Below, in pieces: positions 19,374-29,204 of a stretch of 64,000 nucleotides of DNA. The stretch covers positions 5,166 through 69,165 of the forward strand of contig CAMNGW010000001.1 in assembly GCA_946538615.1 (NCBI GenBank), given 5' to 3'. This DNA comes from an uncultured Clostridia bacterium. GTDB taxonomy: Bacteria > Bacillota > Clostridia > Christensenellales > Aristaeellaceae. Each line of letters starts with the position of its first letter. The first letter of the stretch is position 1. The position numbers were made by a program, and so were the translations under genes. Under the pieces are notes generated by a model. The model ran no database searches. It had not been told where the DNA came from and was given only the letters and a program-made list of their open reading frames with translations.

Positions 19374-20246
19374 TCAGGTTTCCTCATCTCCGCCAAGCCT
19401 TCGCAGATATTCCGCCGGCGGATAGCCCATCCATCGTCTGAAGGCACGGTAGAACCCGGCGTAATCTTCAAATCCGCTCTCATGGGCCGCCTGCTGGGGG
19501 CTCTCACCGTTCTGCATGAGCATCTGCGCATACACCACACGTTTCATGAGCAGGTACTGATAAACCGCCATGCCTGTCTTCTCTTTGAAAGCATGGGAGA
19601 GATGGTACTTGCTGACGTACAGGGTCTCTGCGAGTTCATCAAGGCTGATCCTTTCCGTCAGATGCTCATTCACAAAGCGCATGGCCTGTGCGGCCACGGA
19701 CCGGTCCTCCCTGCCCGCCTGTGCGCTGTCCCCTCTGAGGCATTCGCACACCTGTGCCACAAGCAGCGTCAGCCTCGCCCGGTTCCCGCACTGTATAAGC
19801 GGGTCCGTACTGCTCCCGCACTCTATGATTTTCTTCATGTTCTGAAGCATGGCCACCGCCCGCTCCCTGCCGGGATGGCACTGGAAGCGCTTCTCCCGTA
19901 TCGCTGCGCGGACCATTTCTGAAAAATCACACTCGGGGGCGCCAAGATGGCCCAGCAGGTTTTCGGTCAGATAAAGATAGGCGCGTTCATACTGGAACGG
20001 TTTCCCGCCTACTGCCCGGTGCCGGTGCATAAGTCCTGGAGGAAAGAGAAACAGGTCATACGGCTGCACCTCATAGGCGCGCTCTTCAATCATAATATGG
20101 ATATCGCCCTTGAGGTACAGGTAAATTTCATAATAGGCGTGGCTGTGGATCAGCCCGTCTTCCCTGTAGGCATCTTCAAAATGGTAAATCTCGTAGTCCC
20201 TCCCGGCCGGCATGGCGCTGAGCGGGTTCCACAGCAGGTTGTCCAA
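19374..20246 (-). CDS. AraC family transcriptional regulator (cupin sensor + HTH)
   Basis: 290 aa. A cupin-like N-terminus is followed by a C-terminal AraC HTH (LDELAETLYVSKYHLSHAFKEKTGMAVYQYL...GFEDYAGFYRAFRR). Confidence 0.9.
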   Translation of the reverse strand: MDNLLWNPLSAMPAGRDYEIYHFEDAYREDGLIHSHAYYEIYLYLKGDIHIMIEERAYEVQPYDLFLFPPGLMHRHRAVGGKPFQYERAYLYLTENLLGHLGAPECDFSEMVRAAIREKRFQCHPGRERAVAMLQNMKKIIECGSSTDPLIQCGNRARLTLLVAQVCECLRGDSAQAGREDRSVAAQAMRFVNEHLTERISLDELAETLYVSKYHLSHAFKEKTGMAVYQYLLMKRVVYAQMLMQNGESPQQAAHESGFEDYAGFYRAFRRWMGYPPAEYLRRLGGDEET

Positions 20247-20440
20247 TCTGTCTCACCTCGGAGTACAGCATACCGCAAGATCCACAATCCATCAAGCAAG
20301 ATTCGCAATCGAAACTTTTTCTGTAAAATGTATAATGATTCTGCATCTTATCGTTGACACCTGTCCCGGTCCCCGGATGGGGCAGTACACTCATTCACGT
20401 TGTGATTCTTGCGGCTTCTGCAGACAAGGAGGTTCCTTCC

Positions 20441-21598
20441 ATGATTCAGGTTGCCATCATTGGCACGGGCAACATCTCTCATGCCCATATCCATGCCTAT
20501 CTTCTTTTCCCCGACAGGATCCATATTGCGGCCCTCGTCGACATTGTCCCCGGCAAGGCCGAAAAAGTCAAAGCCCAGTACGGCCTGGACTGCGACTGCT
20601 ATGAAGACCACCAGGACATTCTCGGAAGAAAAGACATCACCCTCGTGGATGTCTGCACGCCGCCTTATGTCCATGCGCAGATCAGCATCAACGCCCTGCA
20701 TGCGAAGAAAAACGTCATCTGTGAGAAGCCCATGGCCGCTTCTCTTGCCGAGTGCGATGAGATGATCAGGGCCCGGGACGAGAGTGGGATGAAGCTTTCC
20801 ATCATTGCACAGAACCGTTTCCGCAAATCCATCCGTGACCTTAAAGCCATGCTGGACGCAGGAATCGCCGGCCCCGTGCGCTCTGCCCAGATTGACTCGT
20901 TCTGGTGGCGGGGGCACTGCTACTATGACCTGTGGTGGCGCGGGACCTGGGAAAAAGAAGGGGGCGGCTGCACCCTTAACCACGCGGTCCACCATATTGA
21001 TATGCTCGGGTGGATGATGGGCCTCCCGCAGCGCGTCACCTCTGTTATGGCCAACACAGCCCATGACAATGCCGAAGTCGAAGATCTCAGCATGTCGGTT
21101 ATGGAGTATCCCGGGGCTCTTGCCCTCCTCACCGCCTCTGTGGTCCATCACGGCGAGGAGCAGACCCTGACGTTCCAGTGCGAGAAAGCCAAAATTTCAT
21201 CCCCCTTCTCCGTTTTTGCCTCTGTATCCAAACCCAACGGGTTCCCGGAGCGCAATGAAGGCCTTGAAGAGGAAATCCGGTCTTTCTGTGACCGCCTGCC
21301 GCCTCTGCCCTACGAAGGGCATGATGGCCAGATCGACAATGTGCTCTCCGCCATTGAGGAGGACAAACTTCCCGCCATCACAGGCGAAGACGGGAGGCGC
21401 ACACTTGAGCTGATCACCGCTGTCTATAAAGCAGGTTCCACAAGGTGCCCCGTCACACTGCCCATCGCAGCGGACGACCCCTTCTACACGGCAGACGGCC
21501 TGCGGGCCAACGTCCCGCATTTCTATGAGAAAACGGTGTCTGAAATGGAACTTGGCCAGAGCGGTGACATCACCCTTGGCAGCTTTGATAAAAAATGA
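20441..21598 (+). CDS. Gfo/Idh/MocA family NAD(P)-dependent oxidoreductase
   Basis: 385 aa from the ATG at 20441, with RBS AAGGAGG. The Rossmann motif is VAIIGTGNISHAH, and the family motif EKPMA is present. Confidence 0.85.
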   Translation: MIQVAIIGTGNISHAHIHAYLLFPDRIHIAALVDIVPGKAEKVKAQYGLDCDCYEDHQDILGRKDITLVDVCTPPYVHAQISINALHAKKNVICEKPMAASLAECDEMIRARDESGMKLSIIAQNRFRKSIRDLKAMLDAGIAGPVRSAQIDSFWWRGHCYYDLWWRGTWEKEGGGCTLNHAVHHIDMLGWMMGLPQRVTSVMANTAHDNAEVEDLSMSVMEYPGALALLTASVVHHGEEQTLTFQCEKAKISSPFSVFASVSKPNGFPERNEGLEEEIRSFCDRLPPLPYEGHDGQIDNVLSAIEEDKLPAITGEDGRRTLELITAVYKAGSTRCPVTLPIAADDPFYTADGLRANVPHFYEKTVSEMELGQSGDITLGSFDKK

Positions 21599-21625
21599 TC
21601 TTAAGAAAGCAGGAGTGAAGACAGT

Positions 21626-22723
21626 ATGCAGACAGCAGATGGCATGAACTACGCCCCCAAAGGCAAGCCCAGCCGTGTGGTGAACCCCGGTGAATTCGTT
21701 TTTTCCGCCGTCCGGCTTGACCACGGTCACATTTATGGTATGTGCAACGGCCTTACCGAGGCCGGCGGCACGCTCAAATACGTATGGGACCCCGACCCCA
21801 AAAAAGTCGAAGCTTTCCTCAAAGCCTTTCCCCAGGCAACACCTGCCAGGTGCGAAGAGGAGGCCCTTGAGGACAAAGGGACCCACCTGATTGCCGGAGC
21901 GGCTGTGACCAGTGAGCGCTGTGCTCTGGGACTGAGGGCCATGGAGGCCGGGAAAGACTATTTCACCGACAAAGCCCCGCTGACCACCCTCGCCCAGCTT
22001 GAAGCGGCCAAGGCCATGGTCCGCAAAACCGGAAAGAAGTACATGGTCTATTATTCTGAACGACTGCACGTGGAAGGCGCCATACTCGCCGGCTACATGG
22101 TCCAGGAAGGGCTCATCGGCAAAGTGGTCCAGGTCATGGGTGTCGGTCCTCACCGCGTCTCGCTCAGCGCCAGACCCGACTGGTTCTTTATCAAGGAGAA
22201 CTATGGCGGCATCCTCTGCGATATAGGGAGCCACCAGATTGAACAGTACCTGTATTTCGCCGGCGAGGAAGACGCACAGGTCGTTTCCAGCCGCATCGCA
22301 AATTACAACAATGCCGCACATCCTGAACTGGATGATTTCGGTGACTGCACCATCACAGGGAGCAACGGGACAACCAACTACTTCCGCGTCGACTGGTTCA
22401 CACCCGACGGCCTGCGCACCTGGGGCGACGGGCGCACGCTGATCCTGGGGACCAACGGTTTTATTGAGATCCGCAAATATATCAACCTTGCCGCTCCTGA
22501 ATGCTCCGGCAACCACGTCTTCCTGGTCAACGGCGAAGGCGAAAAATATGTGGACGCAACAGGCGTCACAGGCTACCCCTTCTTTGGCCAGCTAATCCTG
22601 GACTGCCTCAACCGCACAGAAAACGCCATGACGCAGGCCCACGCCTTCAAGGCTGCAGAACTGTGTGTCAAAGCACAGATGCAGGCGGCCGATCTTACAC
22701 CGGATGTCCCCGGCAGAAAATAA
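21626..22723 (+). CDS. Gfo/Idh/MocA-like oxidoreductase (divergent N-terminal dinucleotide motif)
   Basis: 365 aa. The overall pattern matches the family (DKAPLTTLAQLE..., YYSERLH). The N-terminus reads FSAVRLDHGHIYGM instead of a GxGxxG loop. Confidence 0.75.
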   Translation: MQTADGMNYAPKGKPSRVVNPGEFVFSAVRLDHGHIYGMCNGLTEAGGTLKYVWDPDPKKVEAFLKAFPQATPARCEEEALEDKGTHLIAGAAVTSERCALGLRAMEAGKDYFTDKAPLTTLAQLEAAKAMVRKTGKKYMVYYSERLHVEGAILAGYMVQEGLIGKVVQVMGVGPHRVSLSARPDWFFIKENYGGILCDIGSHQIEQYLYFAGEEDAQVVSSRIANYNNAAHPELDDFGDCTITGSNGTTNYFRVDWFTPDGLRTWGDGRTLILGTNGFIEIRKYINLAAPECSGNHVFLVNGEGEKYVDATGVTGYPFFGQLILDCLNRTENAMTQAHAFKAAELCVKAQMQAADLTPDVPGRK

Positions 22724-22760
22724 GTCTCTTGCATGTCCTTCACAGATGGACAGAAAAAGA

Positions 22761-22800
22761 AAGGCAGGAAAAGAGCGGAGAAACGCTCTTTTCCTGCCTT
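22761..22800. terminator. Bidirectional terminator between convergent genes
   Basis: 17-nt arms aaggcaggaaaagagcg / cgctcttttcctgcctt. An A-tract lies upstream and T-rich sequence downstream. Confidence 0.7.
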
Positions 22801-22805
22801 TTGCT

Positions 22806-24005
22806 TTATGCTTCCAGTCCCGGTATGCCCTGCATATTCGTAAGGACAAACTGGACAAACAGCCTCACACCCACGGACAGTGCCCGCTCGTCAATGTCCC
22901 AGTCAGCGGTATGCGCTGGCCGGTTGAACCCTTTCTCATCATTGCGGCAGCCAAGTCCGAAGAGAAGACCGGGCTTTTCCTGCTCATAATAGGCAAAATC
23001 CTCCCCGCCCGGGGACGGGAGAAGCGGAAGCACCCGCCCCTCGCCCAGGACTAGGGCTGAGGAAGCCAGGAAAGCCTTATACATGGCGTCATGGTTCACA
23101 GCACACGGGAGCGGGTCATCGGGAATCTCTAGCTCCCAGGTCCCTCCCAGGTCCTCGCACACACTTCTGCACAGACGCTCCATTCTTGTCCGGATCCATG
23201 CAAACGTTGTCCCCTTGAAACAGCGGATGGAGCCCGTCATCTCGCACAGGTCCGCGTTCCGGCTGATGCCAGTCCCGGCCTGCATGGTGCACACTGAAAT
23301 GACACACGGGTCAAAGGGGTCTGTCTCCCTTGAGAGCATGGTCTGGATCCCCTCATAGATGCGCACCCCCATGAGCAGGGCATCCTTGCCCCGGTGGGGC
23401 GATGCGACATGGACGCTGTCCCCGTGCGTCACGATCCGGAACCGGGTGGACGTTGCGTTCGTCACCCCGCTGCAGCAGGAAGGCGAACCGCAGGGGTCAT
23501 TGCAGTTGACATGGCACATGACAATGCAGTCCACATCTTTCATCACGCCATGTTCGCACATCGTCCTTGCCCCTGAGGGCCTGGATTCTTCGCAGGGCTG
23601 AAAAAGAATTTTCACCCTGCAGGCAAGCTCGTCACGGATCTCCCAGAGCGCCCTGGCTGTCATGATCATCATGGCCGTATGCGCATCATGGCCGCAGGCA
23701 TGCATTTTGCCCTCACAGCGCGAGATATACGGCTGTCCCCTGTCTTTTTCCTGGATGGGGAGGGCATCCATATCTGCCCGCAGCCCTATGGTAAACTGGC
23801 CCGATTTCTGTCCCTCGATCATTGCCACTACAGTGTTCTGCCCGTACCGGTCCCGCTCATAAGGTACCCCAGCTGCGTCCAGTTCGCGGCACACCACATC
23901 TGCTGTCTGTCCCACATCCCAGCCAAGCCCCGGGTACATATGGATCTCCCGTCTCAGTGCGACGAGCTGCTCTTCATCAATCCTGATCTCATTTGCCGTG
24001 ATCAT
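22806..24005 (-). CDS. M20D family amidohydrolase (aminoacylase/hippuricase-like)
   Basis: 399 aa. Motifs are LRREIHMYPGLGW, GLRADMDALPI and HACGHDAH. Confidence 0.85.
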   Translation of the reverse strand: MITANEIRIDEEQLVALRREIHMYPGLGWDVGQTADVVCRELDAAGVPYERDRYGQNTVVAMIEGQKSGQFTIGLRADMDALPIQEKDRGQPYISRCEGKMHACGHDAHTAMMIMTARALWEIRDELACRVKILFQPCEESRPSGARTMCEHGVMKDVDCIVMCHVNCNDPCGSPSCCSGVTNATSTRFRIVTHGDSVHVASPHRGKDALLMGVRIYEGIQTMLSRETDPFDPCVISVCTMQAGTGISRNADLCEMTGSIRCFKGTTFAWIRTRMERLCRSVCEDLGGTWELEIPDDPLPCAVNHDAMYKAFLASSALVLGEGRVLPLLPSPGGEDFAYYEQEKPGLLFGLGCRNDEKGFNRPAHTADWDIDERALSVGVRLFVQFVLTNMQGIPGLEA

Positions 24006-24147
24006 CCGTCCGACCCTCCTTTACCGGCATTATATATCCATGCCCATTTACCGTAAACCCGCCCCGGGCGTCTTTGGCGATAATTCCCCTGGGCATGAAG
24101 GAAACCCACCCTTTTTGAAGAACATGTATTCATGAAAAAACAAAAAG

Positions 24148-25974
24148 GTGTTGATCGCATTGCATCTGGAACATATTCTGGAAACCATGCTGCGCGTCAC
24201 GGGTGAGTGCCGTCCCTGGACCGTCACGCTGCAGGAAGGGGAGGACCTTCTGGTCAGACGTACCGGCACCCATATTGATCTCAGGTGCCATACGCCCAGT
24301 GCCGCCTGCCGCGGGATCTATATGGCGCTGTGCCACGCCAGGGACAATCCCATGGAAGCATCCTGGAGCTGCGAAGAACACAGGCACTTCCGGGACCTGG
24401 GCCTTCTGGTGGATGTATCCAGAGGCGCCGTGCTGAAAAAAGAGGCTGTCTTCCGTCTTGTGGACCATATGGCTGCCCTTGGCATGAACCTTCTCATGAT
24501 CTATACCGAGGACACCTATACCATGGACGATTATCCCTATTTTGGCTATCTCAGGGGGCGCTACAGCCATGAAGAGCTAAGGGAAATCAACGCGTATGCG
24601 CAGGAGCTGGGCGTTGAACTGGTACCCTGCATCCAGGTGCTCGCCCATATGGGGTCTTTCCTGCAATGGAACGACAGCATCCATCTCAGGGACCAGCCGA
24701 CCGTCCTCCTTTGCGATGACGAAAAAGCCTATGATCTCATCGAAGCGGAAGTCAGGACGATGCGGGAAATCTTCCCTTCCTCAAGGATCCATATCGGTAT
24801 GGATGAAGCCGCCTCTGTCGGACTTGGCAGGTATTACCAGCTCCATGGTCCTGTTGACAGGTTCGGTCTCCTCTCCCGCCACCTGAACCGTGTGGTCCGC
24901 ATCTGTGAAAAATACGGTTTCCGTCCCATGCTCTGGTCCGACATGTTCTTCCGTCTGGGAAGTGCCAGTACAGACTATTATGACCCGGACGCTGAGATTC
25001 CCGAAAGGGCCATCCGTGCCCTTCCCGATGTGGACCTGTGCTACTGGGATTATGAACATGATTCCCGTGCCCACTTTGACCGCATGCTGGAAAGACATGA
25101 CCGGATGGATCGTCCCATCGTCTTTGCCGGCGGCATCCATACCTGGCACGGTTTTCTCCCCAATTTCCGCATGACCGATGCAACCATGGTCCCGGCACTT
25201 CAGGCCTGTCTGGCCCACGGCACACAGAGCGTTCTTGCCACCATCTGGGGAGATGACGGCAATGAGACAGACCTGTTCCTGGCGCTTTCCCGTCTGGCTC
25301 TTTTCAGCGAAGCCTGCTGGAAAGGGGAAATCGTGGCATCCCACTGGAAAAAGGTTGGCGAATGGATCTCCGGCCGTCCGGAACCCGTCCATGAAGCCAT
25401 GGCCGCTTTCTTCCCGGGCCCGGGGGACAACCGGATCGGAAAAGCACTTGTCTGGGGAGACCTCCTCTATCCATTCTTTTTCCTGCCCCATCCGGAAAAA
25501 ACTCTGGCGGAGAACTTAATCACCTATGCCGGACAGCTCGGGGACGCCCTGCAGACCATCAGGAAGACCGCCCCGCAGGACCCGGAAAGCCGCTATGCCG
25601 AAAAAATCCTTCTGCTCACAAAAAAGAAAGCTGAATACATGGCAGGGATCCGCACCGCCTACGGGGTCCGTGACCTTCCTGCTCTGCGCAGCCTTGCCGC
25701 ACAGGTTCCGGGCATAGCAGGGCTCGAGGACGAAGTCAGGCGGCTGCACAAAGTGTTATGGACAAGGGATTTCAAAGTGCAGGGATGGGAGCTGCTCTGC
25801 CGGCGCTATGGTGCAACCTCGGCACGCCTCCTTGATGTCAAGGAAGAAATCGATGCTTTCCTTGAGGGGGAGACCAGCCATATACCTGTGCTTGACGAAA
25901 AGATCCTTCCTCCCGGCCGCAAGGGCGGCATGCAGTTCTACCAGACCTTTACCGTACCTTCCCACTATCTGTGA
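24148..25974 (+). CDS. GH20 family beta-N-acetylhexosaminidase
   Basis: 608 aa. The motifs FRDLGLLVDVSRG..., NLLMIYTEDTY and IHIGMDEA fit the GH20 D-E catalytic pair context. The start is uncertain: GTG at 24148 has no spacing to the RBS, and TTG 24160 or ATG 24187 are alternatives. Confidence 0.75.
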   Translation: MLIALHLEHILETMLRVTGECRPWTVTLQEGEDLLVRRTGTHIDLRCHTPSAACRGIYMALCHARDNPMEASWSCEEHRHFRDLGLLVDVSRGAVLKKEAVFRLVDHMAALGMNLLMIYTEDTYTMDDYPYFGYLRGRYSHEELREINAYAQELGVELVPCIQVLAHMGSFLQWNDSIHLRDQPTVLLCDDEKAYDLIEAEVRTMREIFPSSRIHIGMDEAASVGLGRYYQLHGPVDRFGLLSRHLNRVVRICEKYGFRPMLWSDMFFRLGSASTDYYDPDAEIPERAIRALPDVDLCYWDYEHDSRAHFDRMLERHDRMDRPIVFAGGIHTWHGFLPNFRMTDATMVPALQACLAHGTQSVLATIWGDDGNETDLFLALSRLALFSEACWKGEIVASHWKKVGEWISGRPEPVHEAMAAFFPGPGDNRIGKALVWGDLLYPFFFLPHPEKTLAENLITYAGQLGDALQTIRKTAPQDPESRYAEKILLLTKKKAEYMAGIRTAYGVRDLPALRSLAAQVPGIAGLEDEVRRLHKVLWTRDFKVQGWELLCRRYGATSARLLDVKEEIDAFLEGETSHIPVLDEKILPPGRKGGMQFYQTFTVPSHYL

Positions 25975-25982
25975 GGTGCAGC

Positions 25983-26933
25983 ATGCAAAGCATACATATT
26001 GGCATCGACGGCGGCGGGACGCACTCCACGGGCACTGCTGTGGGCGCGGACGGGCAGATCCTTGCCGTGTGCGGGGGCGGCCCGCTCAATGAAAACACCA
26101 TAGGCAGAAAGCAGGCTTCAGAAAACTTTTTCAGCCTCGTCCATTCGCTTCTTGGTGCCTGCGGCGCTAAAGGCTTTGCCTCCCTGACCGCCGGCCTTTC
26201 TTCCCTGGAACGGACAGCGGGACCCGATATGGTCCTGGCCTATACCCATCCGCAATGGGAAGCAGGTGATATTGTCCTGGAATCGGACGCCCTGGTTGCA
26301 CTGATGGGTGGGACCCTTGGGGACCCGGGGCTTGCCGTCATCGCAGGAACGGGCTCCATGTGCCTTCTTCTGGACAGGCAGGGCAGGCAGCATACAGCAG
26401 GCGGCCTGGGTTTCGCTCTGGGCGACCCGGGAAGCGGCTACAGCATAGCAAGGGACGCGCTGAGGTACGCCCTGCTTCATGACAGAAATTCCCCCATCCT
26501 CAAAGAAGCTTTCAGTTACTTTGGTGCCGGGGACACAGATGAGCTCATGCAGAAGATTTACGCTTCGCCCTTCAGTCCTTCCCGCATCGCAGGTTTTGCC
26601 CGCTGTGTGATTGGACTTTCAGGAGAGGGGGACCACGGCGCCGCCGGCATTCTCGGAAAGAACATGCGCGCCCTTGCCGCACAGGCAAACGGACTTCTGC
26701 AGCGCTTCAGTGACGTCAGGGATGTTTTTCTTTACGGCAGCATGTTCCGCCAGTGCCAGGAAAACTGCGATACGTTCAAGGACGCTCTTTCGGGCCCCTT
26801 CTCCGTCCGCTTTCCTGAGTTTCCGCCAGAGACAGGGGCCGCCCTGATGGGCCTGAAGCGCTGCGGCCAGCTGAATCATGACTGCCTTACCCGTCTCTCG
26901 TCCTGCCTCCATACATTTTACCCGGATGCCTGA
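25983..26933 (+). CDS. BadF/BadG/BcrA/BcrD-type ATPase, N-acetylglucosamine kinase-like
   Basis: 316 aa from the ATG at 25983. The ASKHA phosphate-1 motif is IGIDGGGTHS, followed by AGTGS. Confidence 0.75.
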   Translation: MQSIHIGIDGGGTHSTGTAVGADGQILAVCGGGPLNENTIGRKQASENFFSLVHSLLGACGAKGFASLTAGLSSLERTAGPDMVLAYTHPQWEAGDIVLESDALVALMGGTLGDPGLAVIAGTGSMCLLLDRQGRQHTAGGLGFALGDPGSGYSIARDALRYALLHDRNSPILKEAFSYFGAGDTDELMQKIYASPFSPSRIAGFARCVIGLSGEGDHGAAGILGKNMRALAAQANGLLQRFSDVRDVFLYGSMFRQCQENCDTFKDALSGPFSVRFPEFPPETGAALMGLKRCGQLNHDCLTRLSSCLHTFYPDA

Positions 26934-26982
26934 GCCTGTTTCCCAACGTTCCCGCCTGACATGAGGAAAGGAGAAATACATC

Positions 26983-27720
26983 ATGGAAAACGCCATCTCA
27001 CGCTATAAGGAAAGCGTAACTCATATGCTCGAAAGCGCTTTTTCCACTCAGGAAGAGTGTCTTGAAAAAGCAGCCCGTATGCTTGCGGACTGTCTTCGCA
27101 GCGGCGGCATGATCTACACCTTCGGCACAGGGCACGCATGCCTGCTCGCCCAGGAAATTTTCTACCGCGCAGGCGGCCCTGCCGCAGTCTGTCCGATCCT
27201 GGATGAAAAGCTGATGCTCCACGTTTCCGCAAGCGCCTCAAGCGACTGGGAACGGCGCAGCGGCATCGGCAGGGAGCTGCTCGACAGGTACCCGGTGCGT
27301 GCCGGGGACATCCTGATCCTCATTTCCAATTCCGGCAGAAATACCGTTCCCCTGGAAATGGCGCTTTATGCCCGCGAAAAAGGCATGGCAACAGTCTGTC
27401 TGACCAGCCTCAGCCATTCCAGGTCCGTCACCCCGAGGAACCCGGAGGGAAAGCGCCTTTATGAGGTATGCGACCTTGTTCTGGACAATATGGGCATCAA
27501 GGGAGATGCAGTTGTGGAAACAAAAAGCGGAAGATATGTCTCCCCCACCTCCACTGTGATAGGCGCTGCCCTTCTTCAGGCCATCTGTGCCCGGGCAGAG
27601 GAAATCGCAAGCAACAGCGGCCAGACGCCCGATTATTTCATCTCCAGCAACGTGGACGGCGGCGATGAATACAACAGGGACCTGATCCACACCTACAGGT
27701 CACGGGTTCCTTTTCTCTGA
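26983..27720 (+). CDS. SIS (sugar isomerase/phosphosugar-binding) domain protein, UPF0309-like
   Basis: 245 aa. Motifs are GGMIYTFGTGHA and ILILISNSGRN, which are SIS signature segments. Confidence 0.7.
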   Translation: MENAISRYKESVTHMLESAFSTQEECLEKAARMLADCLRSGGMIYTFGTGHACLLAQEIFYRAGGPAAVCPILDEKLMLHVSASASSDWERRSGIGRELLDRYPVRAGDILILISNSGRNTVPLEMALYAREKGMATVCLTSLSHSRSVTPRNPEGKRLYEVCDLVLDNMGIKGDAVVETKSGRYVSPTSTVIGAALLQAICARAEEIASNSGQTPDYFISSNVDGGDEYNRDLIHTYRSRVPFL

Positions 27721-27733
27721 GGGGGGTGATCTG

Positions 27734-28963
27734 ATGCTTGCAGGTTATGGCACTTCAGACCTTACGCCCCCCGTCGGCACGGAACTGTGCGGGTACGGAT
27801 ATTACCTTGACAGGCGTGCCGATGAGATCCACGACCCCCTGTTTGCGCGTGCCCTCTATCTGGAGGACGGGTCCGGCAGCTACCTCATTGTCTCCTGTGA
27901 TCTGCTCGGGCTGAGCCGGGAGATTGTCAGAAAGGTCAAGGACGGCCTTGCCCAGGAGGGTTTTGACCCTGACCATCTCATGCTGGTCAGCATTCACACC
28001 CACACGGGTCCCGCGATGATTTATCATGAAGGTTGCGGGTATACGGACCCTGATTGCGTTGCCCGGGTCCCTTCCATCATTCTCAAAGCCTGCCGGGCCG
28101 CTATGATCGACAGGAGTGAAGTGACGCAGCTCACAAGCGGCATGGGCGAAGTGGCGGACGGTCTCATTTATAACCGTTCAGACCCGGACGGCTTTCTTGA
28201 CCGCAGTGTCCGCAGCCTCTTCCTCTCCCGCTCAGGAGGGAAGCCCATCGCCCTCGTCTCCCTTGGCTGTCACCCGGTTTGTTCGGGCCGGGCACGCTAT
28301 GTGTCCGCGGACTATCCCGGCGTGGTGGTCCATGGCCTTGAATCTCTCGGTTACCATGGGATTTTCCTCAATGGACTGTGCGGGGACGTCGACCCCGTCA
28401 GGGATGAAACCAGAGATGGGGATTTTTACAGACAGCGCCTCGGCAGAGCCATAGTGGAACAGGCCGGGAAGAACCTCCGCGTCCTTCCTCTCACCCTGTG
28501 CGCCGGCTGGATTCCCTTTACGCTCCATCTGAGTGAAGTGAGCCGTGAAGACATCCGCAAAAGTGCAGACCGCGCCGTCCTCAGTGCGGGCCATCCACAG
28601 GATGGGGCCGCGCGAGTTGCACGCATCTGGGAAACAGAGATGCTTGCCAAATATGACCAGCTGCGCTTTGAAGAGCCCATCTCCATCCCCTACCTGTTCC
28701 TGGGCGGGAATCTCATCATTGCGCTCCCATTCGAAGGCTTTGGCGCCATAGGGCGTATCATCCGTGGCCGCATCAATGCTCAGGATGCCATGGTGCTCGG
28801 CTGCGCAGAGGAGCTTCTGGGTTATCTTCCGACGCTGGATGACATCGCACGCGGAGCCTATGCCGCCCTTGAATCCACCTATCTTTACAAACGGCTCCCG
28901 GTGAAACCCGGGGAGGCGGAACGGTTGGGCGAAGTGGTCGGCCGCCTCGTATCAGAAAGCTGA
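27734..28963 (+). CDS. Neutral/alkaline ceramidase-like hydrolase family protein
   Basis: 409 aa. The N-terminal pattern G.SDLTPPVGTELCGYG...DPLFARALYL and the SIHTHTGP motif resemble the bacterial ceramidase-like family. There is no signal peptide. Confidence 0.6.
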   Translation: MLAGYGTSDLTPPVGTELCGYGYYLDRRADEIHDPLFARALYLEDGSGSYLIVSCDLLGLSREIVRKVKDGLAQEGFDPDHLMLVSIHTHTGPAMIYHEGCGYTDPDCVARVPSIILKACRAAMIDRSEVTQLTSGMGEVADGLIYNRSDPDGFLDRSVRSLFLSRSGGKPIALVSLGCHPVCSGRARYVSADYPGVVVHGLESLGYHGIFLNGLCGDVDPVRDETRDGDFYRQRLGRAIVEQAGKNLRVLPLTLCAGWIPFTLHLSEVSREDIRKSADRAVLSAGHPQDGAARVARIWETEMLAKYDQLRFEEPISIPYLFLGGNLIIALPFEGFGAIGRIIRGRINAQDAMVLGCAEELLGYLPTLDDIARGAYAALESTYLYKRLPVKPGEAERLGEVVGRLVSES

Positions 28964-29204
28964 ACAGGGAACCTTTTTCCCTCTCCGGGAGGGTCTTCGC
29001 GGCAGCAGGGCTTGCAGCCCTTTTTTCCGGGAAACAAGCAGGAAGACGGGGCATGTCTCGCCGCACTTTGCCAAACCGGAAACAGTGCCCTGCCCGGGGA
29101 CAGCGTATGGCGCTGCAGCCCGGACAGGGCACCATGTATATGAACAGATTGGACAGGTCCGAATCTGGATATTTTATGATGTGCCGCATGCCACGTGATG
29201 CGAC

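Noticed and set aside
19184-19540. N-terminal 119-codon extension of the DUF3592 ORF in the track.
   Set aside because: The extension overlaps the 3' end of the AraC gene on the same strand, is Arg/Cys-rich and has no RBS. An AGGAGG-preceded ATG at 19183 starts directly at the first TM helix.
21197-22516. 439-aa minus-strand ORF spanning both Gfo/Idh/MocA genes; also 20348..21151 (267 aa).
   Set aside because: It crosses the intergenic gap of two well-supported plus-strand genes. It has no RBS or recognisable motif, and its composition is that of an antisense artefact.
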